Part shown: positions 1-8,377 of the stretch, in pieces | Numbering within the stretch: the stretch's first letter is position 1 | How the letters are laid out: each line of letters starts with the position of its first letter | Assembly: GCA_964435515.1 (NCBI GenBank) | Contig: CAYSZD010000003.1 | Location: forward strand, 13,080-77,079 | Direction of reading: 5' to 3' | From: an uncultured Gammaproteobacteria bacterium | GTDB lineage: Bacteria; Patescibacteriota; Patescibacteriia; Patescibacteriales; UBA12465 | Length of the DNA stretch: 64,000 nt | Position numbers and translations under genes: made by a program | Notes under the pieces: generated by a model | What the model was told of the DNA's origin: nothing | The model's database searches: none | What the model saw: only the letters and a program-made list of their open reading frames with translations

Positions 1-23
1 CATTTCCTTTTGTTAGGCAAAAA

Positions 24-389
24 GTGTCCATGGAATACCAACAAGCTTTAAAAAGTAAATATGTTGGTAAATGGGAAGGTGAAACAATTCTAACCCAACC
101 TTGGGACAACGAGCGTTTCAAATTAGCTTTTGAAAATGCCATTGCTAAGATTAATCTTAGCTGGCAACACGAAACACATTTGTTACCAGCAATTTATCTC
201 GCTTATTCCCACGAAAAAGGGAACAGCAAAGATTATGGCGCAATTGGCGCAGTCCTAACCCTAGCCAAGGGAGAGTATGGCAAAGAAATGATTAACCTTT
301 CCTATCAGTCAAAGTTTGACCTAGCAGGAAAAGACAGAATAAATATACTCCAAGTGGATATCAATATTCTGTCATTCTTTAATAATTAA
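24..389 (+). CDS. hypothetical protein; the frame stays open back to the window edge, so it may be the 3' part of a longer gene
   Basis: 121-aa ORF (GTG 24 / ATG 30). No in-frame stop between nt 3 and 24. No motif recognised. Lies in the GC-richer left-edge segment. Confidence 0.4.
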   Translation: MSMEYQQALKSKYVGKWEGETILTQPWDNERFKLAFENAIAKINLSWQHETHLLPAIYLAYSHEKGNSKDYGAIGAVLTLAKGEYGKEMINLSYQSKFDLAGKDRINILQVDINILSFFNN

Positions 390-405
390 AAACTAACCCT
401 AAACC
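375..405 (+). repeat. 31-nt conserved upstream element, copy A (TTCTTTAATAATTAAAAACTAACCCTAAACC), ending 9 nt before ATG 415
   Basis: 29/31 identical to the reverse complement of 2582-2612. Contains a TAATAAT -10-like box followed by ACTAACCCTAAACC. Confidence 0.8.
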
Positions 406-414
406 AAATAAATC

Positions 415-1251
415 ATGAAAAACAAGAATTTTTTTCTTATTGTTGCTGGCATTATCATTCTTGTCATCGCAGCGCTTCTCTTCTGGAATTCCTCTAAGGA
501 GACTCCGGAATATGTTGAACCTAATGGTATAGAGCAAATGGTCTCTGACGACCAAGGCTCTGATGCTGTTATTGAGGAAGAGTGTCTGGAAGAGGCCAAG
601 GTCTCTATCACTGTAACCGGTGATGAGATTGTTAATCTCTATGCCGACATAGCCCGCTTAGAAGCTGAGTTAGCCGCTTGCATGGAAGGGAAAGAGCCAA
701 AAAGCTCTGCCACCACTACTCCTACCCGGACTACACGCAAAAGCGTCACAAAACGCCAAACACCGACGAGTAAGTCTGAAACCAGCAGCAGCACAACAAG
801 TGCTGGTGAATCATCTAGAGTTTCAAGTCCCAATATTGCAATTTCCAAGTATGAAGGTGTTATTTCTGGAGATTTTGGCAGAAGTTTTGACGGAGAAGGC
901 AAAATCTTTTATTACGTGAAAAATGCTAACACCGAAGCAAAGCTAAGCAATATCCAGGGCCGTAATACCACTGAAACTCATCTAAATGGTGAATTTGGAG
1001 TATTAGGTGTTCAGGTTGGTGATTACTTGATCTATAAAACAAACACGATCATGACGATCGACAAATTAGATGAAACCGTTCAATTTGCCATATATATAGG
1101 TAACCATACACAATACAATTACACTATGTGGTTGCCTCACGAATTTGTCAAACTCAACAAGAGCTTGGCAACGTCACCTGGCATAAAAGCTAATGACGAA
1201 GGAGGATTCGCCTACGTCACTCAAACAAACTACAAAGCTAGGGGTAAATAA
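415..1251 (+). CDS. membrane-anchored or secreted hypothetical protein with a Ser/Thr-rich linker
   Basis: 278-aa ORF with an N-terminal hydrophobic helix (FFLIVAGIIILVIAALLFW). Low-complexity T/S/R linker (TTTPTRTTRKSVTKRQTPTSKSETSSSTTS) followed by a C-terminal domain with no recognised motif. Confidence 0.6.
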   Translation: MKNKNFFLIVAGIIILVIAALLFWNSSKETPEYVEPNGIEQMVSDDQGSDAVIEEECLEEAKVSITVTGDEIVNLYADIARLEAELAACMEGKEPKSSATTTPTRTTRKSVTKRQTPTSKSETSSSTTSAGESSRVSSPNIAISKYEGVISGDFGRSFDGEGKIFYYVKNANTEAKLSNIQGRNTTETHLNGEFGVLGVQVGDYLIYKTNTIMTIDKLDETVQFAIYIGNHTQYNYTMWLPHEFVKLNKSLATSPGIKANDEGGFAYVTQTNYKARGK

Positions 1252-1271
1252 AAAGACCCAGCAGTTAGTTA

Positions 1272-1301
1272 AACCGGTAGCTACAAAGTTACCGGTTTTT
1301 T
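1272..1301 (+). terminator. intrinsic terminator after ORF 415-1251
   Basis: AACCGGTA / TACCGGTT 8-bp stem with a 10-nt loop, followed by a T-run. Confidence 0.7.
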
Positions 1302-1330
1302 CTTTGTCAAAGTATAATTTTAAGTAATAA

Positions 1331-1364
1331 AAAAGCCCTTAATGTATAAGCACTAAGGGTTTTA
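1331..1364 (-). terminator. intrinsic terminator after ORF 1386-2573 (minus strand)
   Basis: CCCTTA / TAAGGG stem. The minus strand reads ...TAAGGGCTTTTTT. Confidence 0.6.
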
Positions 1365-1385
1365 TTTGTCCCCTAAGTTTTAGGT

Positions 1386-2573
1386 TTATTCTTCTGTTAG
1401 GGTGGGGGTTATTTCGTATTTTGCTCCAGAAGATGAATATACGCTTGCAATTTGCAAGCCTAGCATGTTTCCATCCGGAAGAAAGTACATGCTATTATTC
1501 ATGATTCCGTAATTTTCTGGGCTATTTATATTTGGCCCAAATCTGAAATACAATCCTGCATTTAGATCCGAAATCCTAAACATTTGATAACCCCAACCGG
1601 TAAATTCACCGGACATCTGCACCAGGGGAATGTTCTGCCAATTATTATCAGCCAACATTCGACTAATAAATGGTTGAGACCCATTCCCATATTGGGCGTA
1701 ATTAATATAAATCTTCAGAGAATCATTGTTAGGGATTCCTGAATATTTTATTTCATTTCGCACAGTGGGAGCGATAGTACCATTACTTATGTCACCCGCA
1801 TTACCAGGTACAGCAATGTAAGAGATAGGATCAGGACTCATTTGACCATTGGTCAAATAAACTTCATAAACACCTTCGTTCTGCCCTGTAACCACCCAAT
1901 AAGGTGAGTTAGGGTCATAGGAATAGGTGTTACCCTTGCCATAAGTGAAACGTTGCACTTCCTGATTGTTAGCCGGGAGAGTGACATGATCAATCACATA
2001 TAATACACCATTAATCATTGTCGTTTCGCTTATATAACGAAGTTCCCATCCAGTCCAGTCACCAAGCGTCCAGGGATCTCCAGAAATATTGGCATAATTA
2101 TAAATTGCCGTAGTTTTCATGGCAATTGTATAATTATAATTACCACCAGAAACTGGCGTTGCCGAGTATAGCAGGATTGTTCTGTTGCCAGCACCTGGTC
2201 GCACCACCAAAGTTATTTCACGATATATAGTATTACCTCCAGCGGCTATTGGTGTAATAGTTACCGAAATAGCATAAGTACCATTTTGATACTTTTGTTC
2301 AGGTGACTCCGCGGTTGAGGTATTACCATTACCAAGGTTCCAGACATAAGTGTAATCACTGGCAGGTAAAGGAAGCTCATCAAGCCAAAATTTTAAATAA
2401 ACATTTGGCTCAGCAAAAGTGGTATCACCACTTGAGGAGTTAGCACCCGTCACTTTCAGCGCTGGGGCCTTATTACCATTATTATTAGGGGTAACTTCGT
2501 CATCCCCATAATCTTTCATGCAGCCTGTCATAGCAACGGCTGTCATGAGCAAAACAAAAAACAACTTTTTCAT
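1386..2573 (-). CDS. putative lipoprotein with a PKD-like domain
   Basis: 395 aa. Signal peptide ends ...AVAMTGC (lipobox-like Cys). The segment YTYVWNLGNGNTSTAESPEQKYQNGTYAISVTITP fits the PKD pattern (W.FGDG...Y..G.Y.V.L.V). Confidence 0.6.
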   Translation of the reverse strand: MKKLFFVLLMTAVAMTGCMKDYGDDEVTPNNNGNKAPALKVTGANSSSGDTTFAEPNVYLKFWLDELPLPASDYTYVWNLGNGNTSTAESPEQKYQNGTYAISVTITPIAAGGNTIYREITLVVRPGAGNRTILLYSATPVSGGNYNYTIAMKTTAIYNYANISGDPWTLGDWTGWELRYISETTMINGVLYVIDHVTLPANNQEVQRFTYGKGNTYSYDPNSPYWVVTGQNEGVYEVYLTNGQMSPDPISYIAVPGNAGDISNGTIAPTVRNEIKYSGIPNNDSLKIYINYAQYGNGSQPFISRMLADNNWQNIPLVQMSGEFTGWGYQMFRISDLNAGLYFRFGPNINSPENYGIMNNSMYFLPDGNMLGLQIASVYSSSGAKYEITPTLTEE

Positions 2574-2581
2574 AATTATTG

Positions 2582-2612
2582 GGTTTAGGGTTAGTATTCA
2601 ATTATTAAAGAA
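2582..2612 (-). repeat. 31-nt conserved upstream element, copy B, ending 8 nt before the start codon at 2573
   Basis: The reverse complement reads TTCTTTAATAATTGAATACTAACCCTAAACC, 29/31 identical to 375-405. Confidence 0.8.
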
Positions 2613-2617
2613 CAAAC

Positions 2618-2673
2618 TTTTTGTCCTTCTGACTCTACTTTAAATAAATAAAATAGAAGCAAAAGGACAAAAA
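2618..2673 (-). terminator. long hairpin terminator after the GT4 gene
   Basis: TTTTTGTCCTTCT pairs with AGAAG..AAGGACAAAAA. A/T runs lie on both sides. It sits 9 nt downstream of the stop at 2682. Confidence 0.6.
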
Positions 2674-2681
2674 ATATTTTT

Positions 2682-3797
2682 TTATTTTCTGTCTTTTAAT
2701 TTCTGATATAAAGCTAAAGTGTCATCAACAATGTTATTCCAATTATATTCTTCACGAGTTCTTTTCTGCAATGCCTTACCAGCTTGATCTAAATCTTCTG
2801 AACTCATTGCTAATACTTCACTCAACTTATTATATAAATCATCAACATTACGGTTTTTAAAAGTATAACCCAAGCCTCCTAAAGCTTCTAAATTGGCTGG
2901 TATATCACTGGCAAAGCAGGGAAGAGCGTATGACATAGCCTCTAATAGTCCCATTGATAGTCCTTCATATTCAGATGGTTGACCAAAGATATAAGCGTTA
3001 GAATAGAGTTCTTGTAAGGTACTGCCGCTTTGGCTGCCAGTAAAAATTATTCTGTCATCGCCACGAGCTAATTCATGTAATTCATTAATGTAATCATCAG
3101 TATAAGCACTACCTCCAGCAATAACTAATTTTTTATCTGTCTTTATTCTTTTAAAAGCTTCGATAAAATAATGCACACCTTTATGCTTCACAAGTCTTGA
3201 AGCTAATAGAATATAAGAGTCTTTATCTAAATTCCATTTATCTTTTATTTCTTTAGCTTCTAATATAGTAGGCTCATTAATTCCTGAAGCCATATATCTT
3301 GCGCCCTTGTCATATCTATTTACAGCATAAGTTGTTAATTCTTTCGATGTAACTAAAGTCTGATCAGCTAAATTACAACCAACTTTTTCGCCTAAACGTA
3401 AATATAGTTTAGCAAAAAAGCCCCATTTTTTATGATAGTAATCTTGACAATGAAAGGTAAATACTATAGGAGTATTGGGTTTCAATATTTTTACCAACCA
3501 TAACAGTGAAGCAGGTCCTATTGATTGAAAATGAATAATATCAAACTTATGAAAAGCTAAATGAATAACAGCTAAAAAAGTATGACTAATAGCTTCAAAA
3601 TTTTTACCTTTAATAAAAGGCAGGGATATTAATTTTACCCCTTTATATTCTGTCATTTTAGGAGCATAACCGGCGCGAGCATAGGCGTATACATCGTGAC
3701 CACGAGCAGCTAAATGAACAAGTAATTCTTCTACTTGCTTTTCAACTCCGCCTGTTTGAGCTGGTATTCCTTTTTGTCCAATAAATGCTATTTTCAT
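2682..3797 (-). CDS. glycosyltransferase, GT4 (group 1) family
   Basis: N-terminus MKIAFIGQKGIPAQTGGVEKQVEEL and a C-terminal E..G(L/F)...EAM motif (PSEYEGLSMGLLEAMS). The track start at 3845 is the TTG of a TTGACA -35 box, so ATG 3797 is preferred. Confidence 0.85.
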   Translation of the reverse strand: MKIAFIGQKGIPAQTGGVEKQVEELLVHLAARGHDVYAYARAGYAPKMTEYKGVKLISLPFIKGKNFEAISHTFLAVIHLAFHKFDIIHFQSIGPASLLWLVKILKPNTPIVFTFHCQDYYHKKWGFFAKLYLRLGEKVGCNLADQTLVTSKELTTYAVNRYDKGARYMASGINEPTILEAKEIKDKWNLDKDSYILLASRLVKHKGVHYFIEAFKRIKTDKKLVIAGGSAYTDDYINELHELARGDDRIIFTGSQSGSTLQELYSNAYIFGQPSEYEGLSMGLLEAMSYALPCFASDIPANLEALGGLGYTFKNRNVDDLYNKLSEVLAMSSEDLDQAGKALQKRTREEYNWNNIVDDTLALYQKLKDRK

Positions 3798-3803
3798 AAT
3801 TTT

Positions 3804-3877
3804 ATTATAACCTATTAATCTAACAAATGTATAACAATTTGTCAAGTTATATTAGCATTATTTATACTATTTGTCAA
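3804..3877 (-). promoter_or_regulatory. tandem sigma70-type promoters for the GT4 gene
   Basis: On the minus strand: TTGACA(3877-3872)-17 nt-TAATAT(3854-3849), and TTGACA(3845-3840)-17 nt-TAGATT(3822-3817). A further TATAAT (3809-3804) lies only 6 nt from ATG 3797. Confidence 0.55.
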
Positions 3878-4052
3878 TACTTATAAATTACTTATTATTA
3901 GTAAAGATTTAGCTAATAATCGCGATTGCTTTAATTTTATCTAAAGCTTCCTAAACAATTCAATATAAGATATAATGTATATAGGAGTTATTAACTATAT
4001 AAATTTTTAAAAAAATCAAATTTAAAATATTGATTTATTGTTTTTTATCTAT

Positions 4053-5306
4053 ATGAATGATAAGCAACTAATGAAGTTGGTGCACAAAATATCCTATTAC
4101 CCCAAATTAAGATTAGAGATATTTAATTCTCTAAAAATAGGGCAGCAAAGAGATGTAATATTAAGACTTACCAAACATGTTCAATATGACATTGTCTCCC
4201 AATTAAAAAAAGCTGACTTTATCTCACTGCTAGAACATTTAGATAATGACGAGGCCACCGACTTGCTTCAACTATTGCCCAAAAAAACAGGCAATAACCT
4301 TATCAAACTATTAAATAGCTCGAGACAAGCCGAAATCTCTCTCTTATTCCAGTTTGATCCCAATACTGCCGCTGGTTTAATGAATTTAAACTATATTAAA
4401 GTTGAACTTGATGATAATTTAGCCTCAGTGGCTAAGCAAGTTCGAACTCATGAAAAACGCACGGGGAAGTTACCAATTATTCTTATTGTCAAAAGCGGGC
4501 AACTACTAGGTCATTTGCCTGGTCATCAACTTGGTTTTGGTAGGCCCAGAGAAAAGGTTGGTAAATATATTAAAAGAATAAAAACAGTTAAATATAACGC
4601 CGACATTAATCAAGTAATCAGTATCTTTGAAAATCACCCTCATGATAAGATTGTGGTAATAGGGGAAAGAAAAAAAGTTTTAGGACTAATCTATTCAGAT
4701 GATATTCTTCAAGCCTTACATGAACGTGAATCATCTTCTTTGTATGACTTTGCTGGTGTTAGCTCTGAGGAATCAGTTTTTGACCCAATTAAAAGTAAAG
4801 TACGTTCACGTTATAAATGGTTAATGATTAACTTAGGCACCGTCTTTTTGGCTTCTTTTACTGTTGGCTTATTTGATCAAACAATCGCTAAGTATGTCTT
4901 ATTGGCAGTTTATATGCCAATTGTAGCTGGTATGGGTGGTAATGCTGCTACACAGACTTTAGCTATTATGGTTCGGGGTATCACCTTAAAACAAATTGGT
5001 TTAAAAACCGCTTGGAAAACATTGAGAAATGAAATAGGAGCAGGGCTGATTAATGGTTTAATTAATGGTGTAATTGTCTCCTTAATTGTATTTTTAAAAG
5101 ATGGCGACTGGCGTATTGGTATTATCCTTGCAATTGCTATGATATTAAATCTGATCATCGCTGCTACTTTTGGTACTATGGTACCATTGATTATGAAAAA
5201 ATTAGGTAAAGACCCAGCTACTTCAGCAACAGTGTTTATTACCACGGCCACTGATATCTTTGGCTTCTTTGCCTTTCTTGGCATCGCCACACTAGTATTG
5301 AAATAA
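4053..5306 (+). CDS. mgtE: magnesium transporter MgtE
   Basis: N-terminal MgtE domain, a CBS-pair region and a C-terminal TM domain with GGNAATQTLAIMVRG. The TTG at 4038 is less likely as the start than ATG 4053. Confidence 0.9.
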   Translation: MNDKQLMKLVHKISYYPKLRLEIFNSLKIGQQRDVILRLTKHVQYDIVSQLKKADFISLLEHLDNDEATDLLQLLPKKTGNNLIKLLNSSRQAEISLLFQFDPNTAAGLMNLNYIKVELDDNLASVAKQVRTHEKRTGKLPIILIVKSGQLLGHLPGHQLGFGRPREKVGKYIKRIKTVKYNADINQVISIFENHPHDKIVVIGERKKVLGLIYSDDILQALHERESSSLYDFAGVSSEESVFDPIKSKVRSRYKWLMINLGTVFLASFTVGLFDQTIAKYVLLAVYMPIVAGMGGNAATQTLAIMVRGITLKQIGLKTAWKTLRNEIGAGLINGLINGVIVSLIVFLKDGDWRIGIILAIAMILNLIIAATFGTMVPLIMKKLGKDPATSATVFITTATDIFGFFAFLGIATLVLK

Positions 5307-5307
5307 T

Positions 5308-6495
5308 ATGGCTAATATTTTAGGTATTAAAACAGGACAAAATGATGCAAAAGCAGTAGAGGAGAAAGTTCAATCTTTCTTTAAGTCTTCTGCTAACAAT
5401 CAAATCGTTACCCCTAATCCTGAAATTATTCTCAAAAGCCAAGATGATGAAAAACTTTTCTATATATTAAACAATGCCACCCTTTCTCTGGCCGATGGCT
5501 TTGGCTTAAAAATAGCCGCTATCTTAAGCAAGCAAAAACTATTTCGCTACACTGGTGCCGATTTATTACCATACCTGCTTAAAGATGCTAATGACAATAG
5601 ACGTCGTCTACTTATTATCAACCGAAAAGATGGACTATCTAATAAATTGCTATTAGAAAAATATTTAAAGACTAATTATTCTAATATTCAATTTCTCATT
5701 CTTGAACTAGCCTCTCAAGAGAAAGTCCTAACAGAAATAGATGCGATTCAAACCTTCATGCCTGATTTAGCTATTTGTTTATTTGGTGCCCCTCATCAAG
5801 AAAAATATATTTTTGATTTATTAAATAAAGTAAAATGCCTAAAAATTGGAGTAGGTTTAGGTGGAGCTTTTGATTTTCTAACAGGAAAAATAAAAAGAGC
5901 TCCTAAATTAATGAGACAATTAGGTTTAGAATGGTTATTTAGATTAATAAAACAACCCCATAGATGGCGTCGTATTTGGAGGGCCACTTTCGTATTTCTC
6001 ACTAAATCAATTTACTGGATATTTATTCTACCAAATTTATATCGTCCTAATGTAGCTATTCTAATTTATAAAAACAGTGAAAAAGGCAGGGAAGTATTAA
6101 TCGTAGAAAGACAAGGACATGAAAATCATTGGCAAATTATTCAAGGAGGCAGAGATAATTTAAGTATTAAAGAAGCGGGTATTAAAGAATTAAAAGAAGA
6201 AACAAATATTAGTGATTTTATCATCAAAGGTATTTATCCAAATTTATATCGCTATGAATTTGATAAAGAATTTGGGAAATATGAAAATCCTTTCAATAAT
6301 CGCCACTACGGCTATAAGGGTCAAAAACAAAGTCTGCTAATTGTTGAATTTACTGGCGATGACAGTCAAATAAAAATTAATTTTTGGGACCATAGCGCAT
6401 GGAAATGGGTCACGGAAAATCAGTTTATTGCCAGCATACATGAAAAACGACAAGCAGCTGGAACAATATACCTAAAAAAATTACAAGAATTATAA
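5308..6495 (+). CDS. fusion protein: WecG/TagA/CpsF-family glycosyltransferase (GT26) plus a C-terminal Nudix-like hydrolase
   Basis: N-terminal half carries TPNPEII...LADGFGL, FGAPHQEKYI and GLEWLFRLIKQPHRWRR, which are GT26 hallmarks. A hydrophobic linker (FVFLTKSIYWIFILPNL) follows. The C-terminal part has WQIIQGGRDNLSIKEAGIKELKEETNI, an RppH-like Nudix box that is two residues short of the canonical spacing. Confidence 0.75.
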   Translation: MANILGIKTGQNDAKAVEEKVQSFFKSSANNQIVTPNPEIILKSQDDEKLFYILNNATLSLADGFGLKIAAILSKQKLFRYTGADLLPYLLKDANDNRRRLLIINRKDGLSNKLLLEKYLKTNYSNIQFLILELASQEKVLTEIDAIQTFMPDLAICLFGAPHQEKYIFDLLNKVKCLKIGVGLGGAFDFLTGKIKRAPKLMRQLGLEWLFRLIKQPHRWRRIWRATFVFLTKSIYWIFILPNLYRPNVAILIYKNSEKGREVLIVERQGHENHWQIIQGGRDNLSIKEAGIKELKEETNISDFIIKGIYPNLYRYEFDKEFGKYENPFNNRHYGYKGQKQSLLIVEFTGDDSQIKINFWDHSAWKWVTENQFIASIHEKRQAAGTIYLKKLQEL

Positions 6496-6512
6496 TTTTA
6501 AACAAAAAAGCA

Positions 6513-6541
6513 TTTTCAAAGTACAATAATTATGCTATAAT
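6513..6541 (+). promoter_or_regulatory. extended -10 promoter (TTTTCA-17-TGCTATAAT) 6 nt upstream of ATG 6548
   Basis: TG at 6533-6534 and TATAAT at 6536-6541. No SD lies between the promoter and the start codon. Confidence 0.6.
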
Positions 6542-6547
6542 GTAAAT

Positions 6548-7792
6548 ATGAAACATAAAAAAATTATCATATATCTAGCTATTCTATTTATATTCAGTAC
6601 CGCTTTTGTGGCCTGGAGAAATATTTCTGTTGTTAATGGACAAGAAGATGATGCTTTTAATGCTGAAATAAAAGCCTTAAATCAACAAATACAGGCTCAA
6701 AAACAGCAACTTGAGTCTTTAGCTGACAAACAAAAAGAATACGCAAGACAAATCGCAGCTAAACAACAAGAAAAAAATACTTTAAGTTCTCAACTAAGTC
6801 TATTAGCTGATAAAGCAGCTCAAACTGAGCTAGAAATAGAATCTACCAATCTATCTATTAGTAAAACTAATTTAGAAGCCCAAAAAATTAGTTTAGATAT
6901 TTTAGATACCAATGCTACTATTGATGCCCAAAAAGATAGAATCGCCAAACTATTGCGATTAGTCTATAAACAAGATCAGGTATCTTCTTTAGAAGTATTA
7001 TTACTGAATGATTCTATTTCTGAATTTCTTAACCATGCTAAATATCTAGAAAATACTAATAGTGAATTAAGGCAAAATTTAAATCAACTACAATATGACA
7101 AGGAAAGACTAGATCAGGCTAAAATAAATATTGATAATAAAAATAAGGAATTAAATAAACTTAAGAAAGATTTAGAATCTAATAAGTCAAAGTTAGAATA
7201 TGAGCAATCACTACAAGCAAATTTATTAGAGGAAACCAAAGAGTCAGAACAAGCCTATCAAAATCTATTAAAAGAAGCCAAAAGACAAGCAGCTCAAGCA
7301 GAAGCAGAAATCTCCGGCATAGAAAACACTATTCGTAGTAAAATGGCACAGAAAGATAAAGATCGTTTAGATAATAGTGATAGCACTATTGCTTGGCCAA
7401 TTTCAGGTAGATATATAACTTCCACTTTTCATGATCCTGATTATCCTTTTCGTCGCATTATTGGTGAACACTCTGGTATTGACCTTAGGTCTCCACAGGG
7501 AAGCCCTCTTTATGCAGCTGCTGATGGCTACGTAGCTAGAGTTAAATTCGATGGTTCAACTGCCTATGCCTATATCATGATTATTCACAACGACGGCCTA
7601 TCAACTGTTTATGGTCACGTATCAGGCGTGAATGTAACAGCTGATCAATATGTTGTTAAGGGTCAACTGATTGGTAAAACAGGCGGTGGTCCTGGTAGAC
7701 CAGGCTCAGGCCCATTCTCAACTGGCGCACATCTTCACTTTGAAGTAAGAAAAAATGGCATTCCGGTTAATCCATTAGATTATTTGCCATAA
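6548..7792 (+). CDS. M23-family peptidoglycan endopeptidase with an N-terminal coiled coil (EnvC-like architecture)
   Basis: Signal/TM segment, about 250 aa of Q/K/E/L-rich coiled coil, then the M23 motifs HSGIDL, DGYV, GHV and GAHLHFEV. Confidence 0.85.
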   Translation: MKHKKIIIYLAILFIFSTAFVAWRNISVVNGQEDDAFNAEIKALNQQIQAQKQQLESLADKQKEYARQIAAKQQEKNTLSSQLSLLADKAAQTELEIESTNLSISKTNLEAQKISLDILDTNATIDAQKDRIAKLLRLVYKQDQVSSLEVLLLNDSISEFLNHAKYLENTNSELRQNLNQLQYDKERLDQAKINIDNKNKELNKLKKDLESNKSKLEYEQSLQANLLEETKESEQAYQNLLKEAKRQAAQAEAEISGIENTIRSKMAQKDKDRLDNSDSTIAWPISGRYITSTFHDPDYPFRRIIGEHSGIDLRSPQGSPLYAAADGYVARVKFDGSTAYAYIMIIHNDGLSTVYGHVSGVNVTADQYVVKGQLIGKTGGGPGRPGSGPFSTGAHLHFEVRKNGIPVNPLDYLP

Positions 7793-7836
7793 ACAAAACA
7801 GATTAATTAATTATTAATCAATTAAAACATAAAACT

Positions 7837-8364
7837 ATGGGACTATTTGGTAATAAAAAAATGGGTGAAGATCCTTCTATTAAAAGGGAAGCGTCTGAAA
7901 CCCCAAGAAGCAAAGAAACTGCTCAAGCGGAATTAATGGAAAAATTTGGGTTAAGAAAGACCTCAGATTTTCAACTAGCCCTACAAAAAGGAGAAATCGA
8001 GAAGGCTAAAAATTGGCTAACATATATTATAGACAACAAAGAAAAATTTCCTCAATACTTATCTACTTGGGACAATTGGTTAAATGACCGTCAAAATGAA
8101 ATTAAGCTTTATAAGGAACTAAAAGAAAATGGTTCCTTAGAAAAGATGGAACACCGCAGCAAAGAAGAAGCTCAAGCCGAACTAAAAGAAAAATTTGGCT
8201 TTGCTGACACTAAAGGTTTTAGAAATGAACTGCAAAGTAACATACAAAATGCTGAAGCTTGGTTAAATTATATCATAGCTAACAAGCTTCGCTTTCCTCA
8301 ATATTTATCAACTTGGGATAATTGGTTAAGTGATAGACAACAAGAATTAGCTCAAGCAAAATAA
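7837..8364 (+). CDS. hypothetical protein built from a tandem duplication of an ~83-aa unit
   Basis: The two units are SKETAQAELMEKFG...NWLTYIIDNKEKFPQYLSTWDNWLNDRQNE and SKEEAQAELKEKFG...AWLNYIIANKLRFPQYLSTWDNWLSDRQQE. Confidence 0.6.
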   Translation: MGLFGNKKMGEDPSIKREASETPRSKETAQAELMEKFGLRKTSDFQLALQKGEIEKAKNWLTYIIDNKEKFPQYLSTWDNWLNDRQNEIKLYKELKENGSLEKMEHRSKEEAQAELKEKFGFADTKGFRNELQSNIQNAEAWLNYIIANKLRFPQYLSTWDNWLSDRQQELAQAK

Positions 8365-8377
8365 AAATTATTTCAAC

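Noticed and set aside
392-405. Telomere-like CCCTAAACC sequence as a telomeric or tandem repeat.
   Set aside because: It is a single unit at each site rather than an array. Both copies sit at a fixed distance from start codons, which fits a 5'UTR or promoter element better.
3798-3845. N-terminal extensions suggested by the ORF track: GT4 from TTG 3845, mgtE from TTG 4038, the RRM protein from TTG 32020, the orphan from ATG 42100, and the sigma-r4 protein from ATG 57205.
   Set aside because: The extensions begin at weak TTG codons or run through promoter boxes (the TTG at 3845 is the TTG of a TTGACA; -35 and -10 boxes lie at 57177-57205). They add residues not seen in the protein families. 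Internal ATGs (3797, 4053, 32077, 42139, 57124) give canonical N-termini, and 42139 has a strong SD.
3971-4052. Mg2+ (M-box) riboswitch upstream of mgtE.
   Set aside because: Only about 75 nt lie between the candidate TATAAT (3971-3976) and the ATG, which is far shorter than an M-box aptamer. I see just one 7-bp AU hairpin (TATATAG/CTATATA) followed by a T-run, and none of the conserved M-box helices.
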